Source of the DNA: an uncultured delta proteobacterium
GTDB lineage: Bacteria > Desulfobacterota > Desulfobacteria > Desulfobacterales > B30-G6
NCBI GenBank assembly: GCA_963823335.1
Contig: CAWGLD010000001.1
Span: forward strand, 896,001 to 960,000
DNA length: 64,000 bases
Direction of reading: 5' to 3'
Below the pieces are notes generated by a model. That model saw nothing but the letters and a program-made list of their open reading frames with translations. It did no database searches and had not been told where the DNA came from. Below are positions 61,013 through 64,000 of the stretch, piece by piece. How positions within the stretch are numbered: the stretch's first letter is position 1; each line of letters starts with the position of its first letter. A program made the translations under genes and the position numbers.

Positions 61013-61882
61013 TTAAACCCTTTTCAGTATCGCCGGGAGCTTATCTTCCCACCCGATTGTGGAAAGCTGCACACCGCAAAAGCCTTCCTTTTTTAGTGTT
61101 TCAACCATTTCTGAAGCAATTTTAATACACTCAGCGACCTTGTCTGGTGCCTTTTGGAGACGCTGGATCAACGAATCGGGAATGAATGTGCTGTTTACAT
61201 TGCGGGATATATAGCGTGCCATTCCAAGGGATTTGAGCAGCAGAACCGTCGGGATTATTTTGGTTTCTGTGCGGTCCACACGCTTGAGAAACGGTTCGAT
61301 GGTGGACAGGTCAAACAAGGGCGGGGTTATGAAAAACGCCGCGCCGGCTTCTTTTTTCTGATCCATCTCTTCCCGTATCAGTTCCGGTGACTTGTCTCTT
61401 GCTCCGGCATCGACGGTTGATCCCACCAGAAAGGTGGGCGCACCATTGAGCTCGATACCGGCCATGTCTCTTCCATTCTGAAGCCCCCTAATGGCTTTCA
61501 ACAGCTCCGGTAAGTCAATATCATGCACCGCTCTGGCCTGGTGGTGATCGCCGAAACTTGGATCTTCTCCCCGGACAACCATTACATTTCGAATACCGCA
61601 ACCATTGGCCGCCAGAAGATCCGCCTGGATGGCGAGACGGTTGCGATCCCTGCAATTGACCTGCATGACCACATCCATGCCCTTAGACTGGAGGATCATA
61701 CCGCATCCCAGGGAACTCATCCGCATCACAGCGTTACGCATCTCCGGTACAACGAATGCATCGACGATTCCTTTAACTCTCTGCGCATTTGCAACCATTG
61801 CGGAAACATTCACCCCTTTGGGGGGTTCCATTTCTACAAGAACGGCAAATTTCCCTGCTTCTAATTTCTGTTTTAGACTCAT
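61013..61882 (-). CDS. Divergent MetF-like (MTHFR-fold) paralog
   Basis: [45 protein letters not shown]. Confidence 0.88.
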   Translation of the reverse strand: MSLKQKLEAGKFAVLVEMEPPKGVNVSAMVANAQRVKGIVDAFVVPEMRNAVMRMSSLGCGMILQSKGMDVVMQVNCRDRNRLAIQADLLAANGCGIRNVMVVRGEDPSFGDHHQARAVHDIDLPELLKAIRGLQNGRDMAGIELNGAPTFLVGSTVDAGARDKSPELIREEMDQKKEAGAAFFITPPLFDLSTIEPFLKRVDRTETKIIPTVLLLKSLGMARYISRNVNSTFIPDSLIQRLQKAPDKVAECIKIASEMVETLKKEGFCGVQLSTIGWEDKLPAILKRV

Positions 61883-61965
61883 GGGTTACCTCCGAATAAA
61901 GCCGGCGTCCGGTGCTATAAAACCCGCGGTTCCCTTCAACATCGGGACGTGGGCCATGCGAGAGA

Positions 61966-62020
61966 AATCTTGGGTCGTAAGGTATCGGTCTATTTCAGAT
62001 TCGCTCGCTGTTGCGGTTCA
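61966..62020. repeat. Dispersed palindromic repeat family, copy 5 (internally deleted)
   Basis: TCAGATTCGCTCGCTGTTGCGGTTCA joins the TTCGCTCGCT core of copies 1/3 to the GCTCGCTGTT..GGTTCA end of copy 1. Confidence 0.7.
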
Positions 62021-62040
62021 GATGTGTTAACAGACTGCAT

Positions 62041-62057
62041 AGCAATGACTGTGCCAA
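62041..62057 (-). promoter_or_regulatory. Sigma54 (-24/-12) promoter of the metF2-hdrA-mvhD-metVF operon
   Basis: Minus strand reads TTGGCAC-AGTCA-TTGCT, matching TGGCAC-N5-TTGC. Confidence 0.85.
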
Positions 62058-62163
62058 AGCCCCTGTTAATTGCGGAAGGCTAAAAGAACCTATACTATCA
62101 AACAACTATCTTCTTTTACGATCGAAAGTGCACACAAGTATCAGGTCTCGTGGATAGGACGGC

Positions 62164-62254
62164 TGTGCCATTTTGGAACATAGCTTCATATTTCTGTTGT
62201 ATTGTTGAGAGATTGGATGGTATGTGCCATATTGGCATACGCCAAAGTGGCAGG
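62164..62254. promoter_or_regulatory. Putative enhancer (UAS) palindromes for the divergent sigma54 activator
   Basis: TGTGCCATTTTGGAACA (62164-62180), TGTGCCATATTGGCATA (62223-62239), weaker TACGCCAAAGTGGCAGG (62238-62254). Confidence 0.6.
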
Positions 62255-62325
62255 GCAGTGACCCCTTGTCGGCCGCACAGGTATTTCAACATCGTTTCAA
62301 CTGTTTCCCAGATAGGAGGAAAGGT

Positions 62326-63696
62326 ATGGAGCCACATATTCTTGTGGTGGATGATGACCGTGATTTTCTTGAAATCATGAAACGTCGCCTTAAAGATCTC
62401 CATTTCAGGCATGTACATCTCAATGAAAATCCATTCAAGGCGGCATCCCTCATAGAAACCGGTAAACATATTGACCTGGCACTGCTGGACATGACCATGC
62501 CCGACATGACCGGGCTGGAACTTCTGGATATCATAAAAAAAATAAGCCCTGTCACCGAGGTCATTATCATCACGGCGGTGGACGAAGCCAGAACAGCTGT
62601 GACATGCCTGCAAAAAGGCGCTTATGATTACCTGATCAAACCGGTATCAAAGGAAGATCTGGCCTTGTCCATTCACCGCGCTCTGGAGCACAAACTGTTG
62701 CTGGATCTCCGAGATATCGGAAAGCAGCAGGCCGTACCCCGTCTCAAGGACAAAGAGGCCTTCAAAGAAATCAATACCGTCTCAAAACGCATGATGCGGG
62801 TTCTCAAGGAGGCCGAGCTACATGCCGTTAGCGATGTTCCTGTGCTCATCACCGGTGAAAGCGGCACGGGAAAAGAGTTGCTTGCACGAGCCATTCACCA
62901 GGCCAGCCCCAGAAGAACCCACCCATTTACAGCTATCAACATGGCCTCTCTCAACGGAAATCTGTTCGATGCCGAGTTTTTTGGACACACAAGAGGCGCC
63001 TATACAGGAGCAGAAAAAGACCGGGCCGGATATCTGGAATACACCCACAAGGGGACCCTTTTTATGGATGAAATTGGGCTTCTTCCCCTAGAGGTTCAGG
63101 GAAAGCTTCTTCGGTTTATGCAGGACGGCAGGTATCTCAAGCTGGGAACCAGCGCCGACAAACACGCGGATGTCCGTTTTGTTGCCGCTACCAACACCAA
63201 CCTGGAAAATCGCATGAAGCAACGACAATTTCGGAAAGACCTTTTTTACCGTATCCGAGGTGGATGGTTGCATCTACCTCCCCTGCGGGAACGCAAAAAG
63301 GATATTCCGCTGCTGATACGGACATTTCTTTCGACCCATTACGACCTCGACAAGGGAAACAGTATTACACCTGAGGCTATTGATATTCTTGTAAATTATG
63401 ACTTTCCCGGCAATGTGCGGGAACTCAAAGCCCTTGTACAGTCGGCTGCTAATCTTGCCCAGGGAAAACCCATCTCGCCCCGATTTCTCCCGGAATCCAT
63501 CCGCCGTCGAAAACAGCTCAAGACCACGGCGCTGGCGCCAGGCGCAGCGCCCCTCACATCCCTGGGCGTGGTGGAAAAAATCCATATTCTTCATGCTTAC
63601 CGGCAACTGGGGAAAAACAAATCCCAGACGGCCAGGATCCTGGGGATCGGTCTGAATACCCTGCGAAGAAAACTCGCCCTGTATGGGGAAAAATAA
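62326..63696 (+). CDS. NtrC-family sigma54-dependent response regulator
   Basis: Receiver ILVVDDD/LLDMTMP, GESGTGKE, GAYTGA, LFMDEIG, FRKDLFYR, FPGNVREL, Fis-type HTH; AGGAGG RBS before ATG 62326. Confidence 0.95.
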   Translation: MEPHILVVDDDRDFLEIMKRRLKDLHFRHVHLNENPFKAASLIETGKHIDLALLDMTMPDMTGLELLDIIKKISPVTEVIIITAVDEARTAVTCLQKGAYDYLIKPVSKEDLALSIHRALEHKLLLDLRDIGKQQAVPRLKDKEAFKEINTVSKRMMRVLKEAELHAVSDVPVLITGESGTGKELLARAIHQASPRRTHPFTAINMASLNGNLFDAEFFGHTRGAYTGAEKDRAGYLEYTHKGTLFMDEIGLLPLEVQGKLLRFMQDGRYLKLGTSADKHADVRFVAATNTNLENRMKQRQFRKDLFYRIRGGWLHLPPLRERKKDIPLLIRTFLSTHYDLDKGNSITPEAIDILVNYDFPGNVRELKALVQSAANLAQGKPISPRFLPESIRRRKQLKTTALAPGAAPLTSLGVVEKIHILHAYRQLGKNKSQTARILGIGLNTLRRKLALYGEK

Positions 63697-63697
63697 A

Positions 63698-64000
63698 TCA
63701 GATCACCAACTGTTTGAATATCTGATAGACGAGTGGAATAAAAATGGCTGGAAGCATATTGCCAATCTTGAGTTTTTTTATCTCCAGGAGGTTGATTCCA
63801 ATGGCCAGAATCAGCAAGCCCCCGACTGCTGACATCTGTACTACGACACCTGGAATCAGAAACTGTTTCAAAACGGATGCCGCCAGTGTGATGGTTCCCT
63901 GGTAGACAAAAACCGACACGGCGGAAAAAATCACCCCCAAACCGAGGGTGGAAGCAAACAGGATCGAGCCAATGCCATCCAGGAGGGATTTGGCAAACAA
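63698..64000 (-). CDS. DUF554-family membrane protein (C-terminal part; 5' end lies outside the window)
   Basis: KSLLDG, FASTLGLGV.FSA, YQG.IT, GGLLILAIGINLL, NMLPA. Confidence 0.85.
   Translation of the reverse strand: MFAKSLLDGIGSILFASTLGLGVIFSAVSVFVYQGTITLAASVLKQFLIPGVVVQMSAVGGLLILAIGINLLEIKKLKIGNMLPAIFIPLVYQIFKQLVI

Noticed and set aside
13065-62020. CRISPR array
   Set aside because: The repeats are dispersed and degenerate, not regularly spaced, and there are no cas genes.

Overview
64 kb of a roughly 50% GC anaerobic bacterial chromosome. Gene content (HdrA/MvhD/MetVF, rubrerythrin, TAXI-TRAP, many sigma54 and two-component regulators) points to a sulfate-reducing or syntrophic Desulfobacterota, most likely Desulfobacterales (inference). 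1-23 kb is mostly housekeeping (hemA, fabD, dksA, rnc, mrcA, hisI, hisG, engB, era, hisC) plus a TAXI-TRAP transporter. 24.7-32.3 kb is a TetR plus Liv-type ABC transporter with an embedded acyl-CoA ligase. 32.3-47 kb is a tightly packed accessory stretch of small enzymes containing several decayed gene remnants. 48.6-63.7 kb is a signalling and redox locus. Main observations: (1) a single ORF fuses a TrpH/YciV (RNase AM-like) PHP domain to a complete RNase III; (2) a sigma54-type promoter heads the operon metF2-hdrA(HdrL)-mvhD-metV-metF-RR-(HdrC/CCG)-aroE-like, in which three genes split by the ORF track are selenoproteins (in-frame UGA at a conserved Cys, each with a GG-loop hairpin 14-15 nt downstream); (3) this operon carries divergent MetF and AroE paralogs that lack canonical active-site residues; (4) a dispersed palindromic repeat family has five copies, and there is a MITE-like element; (5) several pseudogene remnants are not visible in the ORF track. 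No rRNA, tRNA, CRISPR array, transposase or integrase was recognised. All calls come from manual motif reading, with no database searches.
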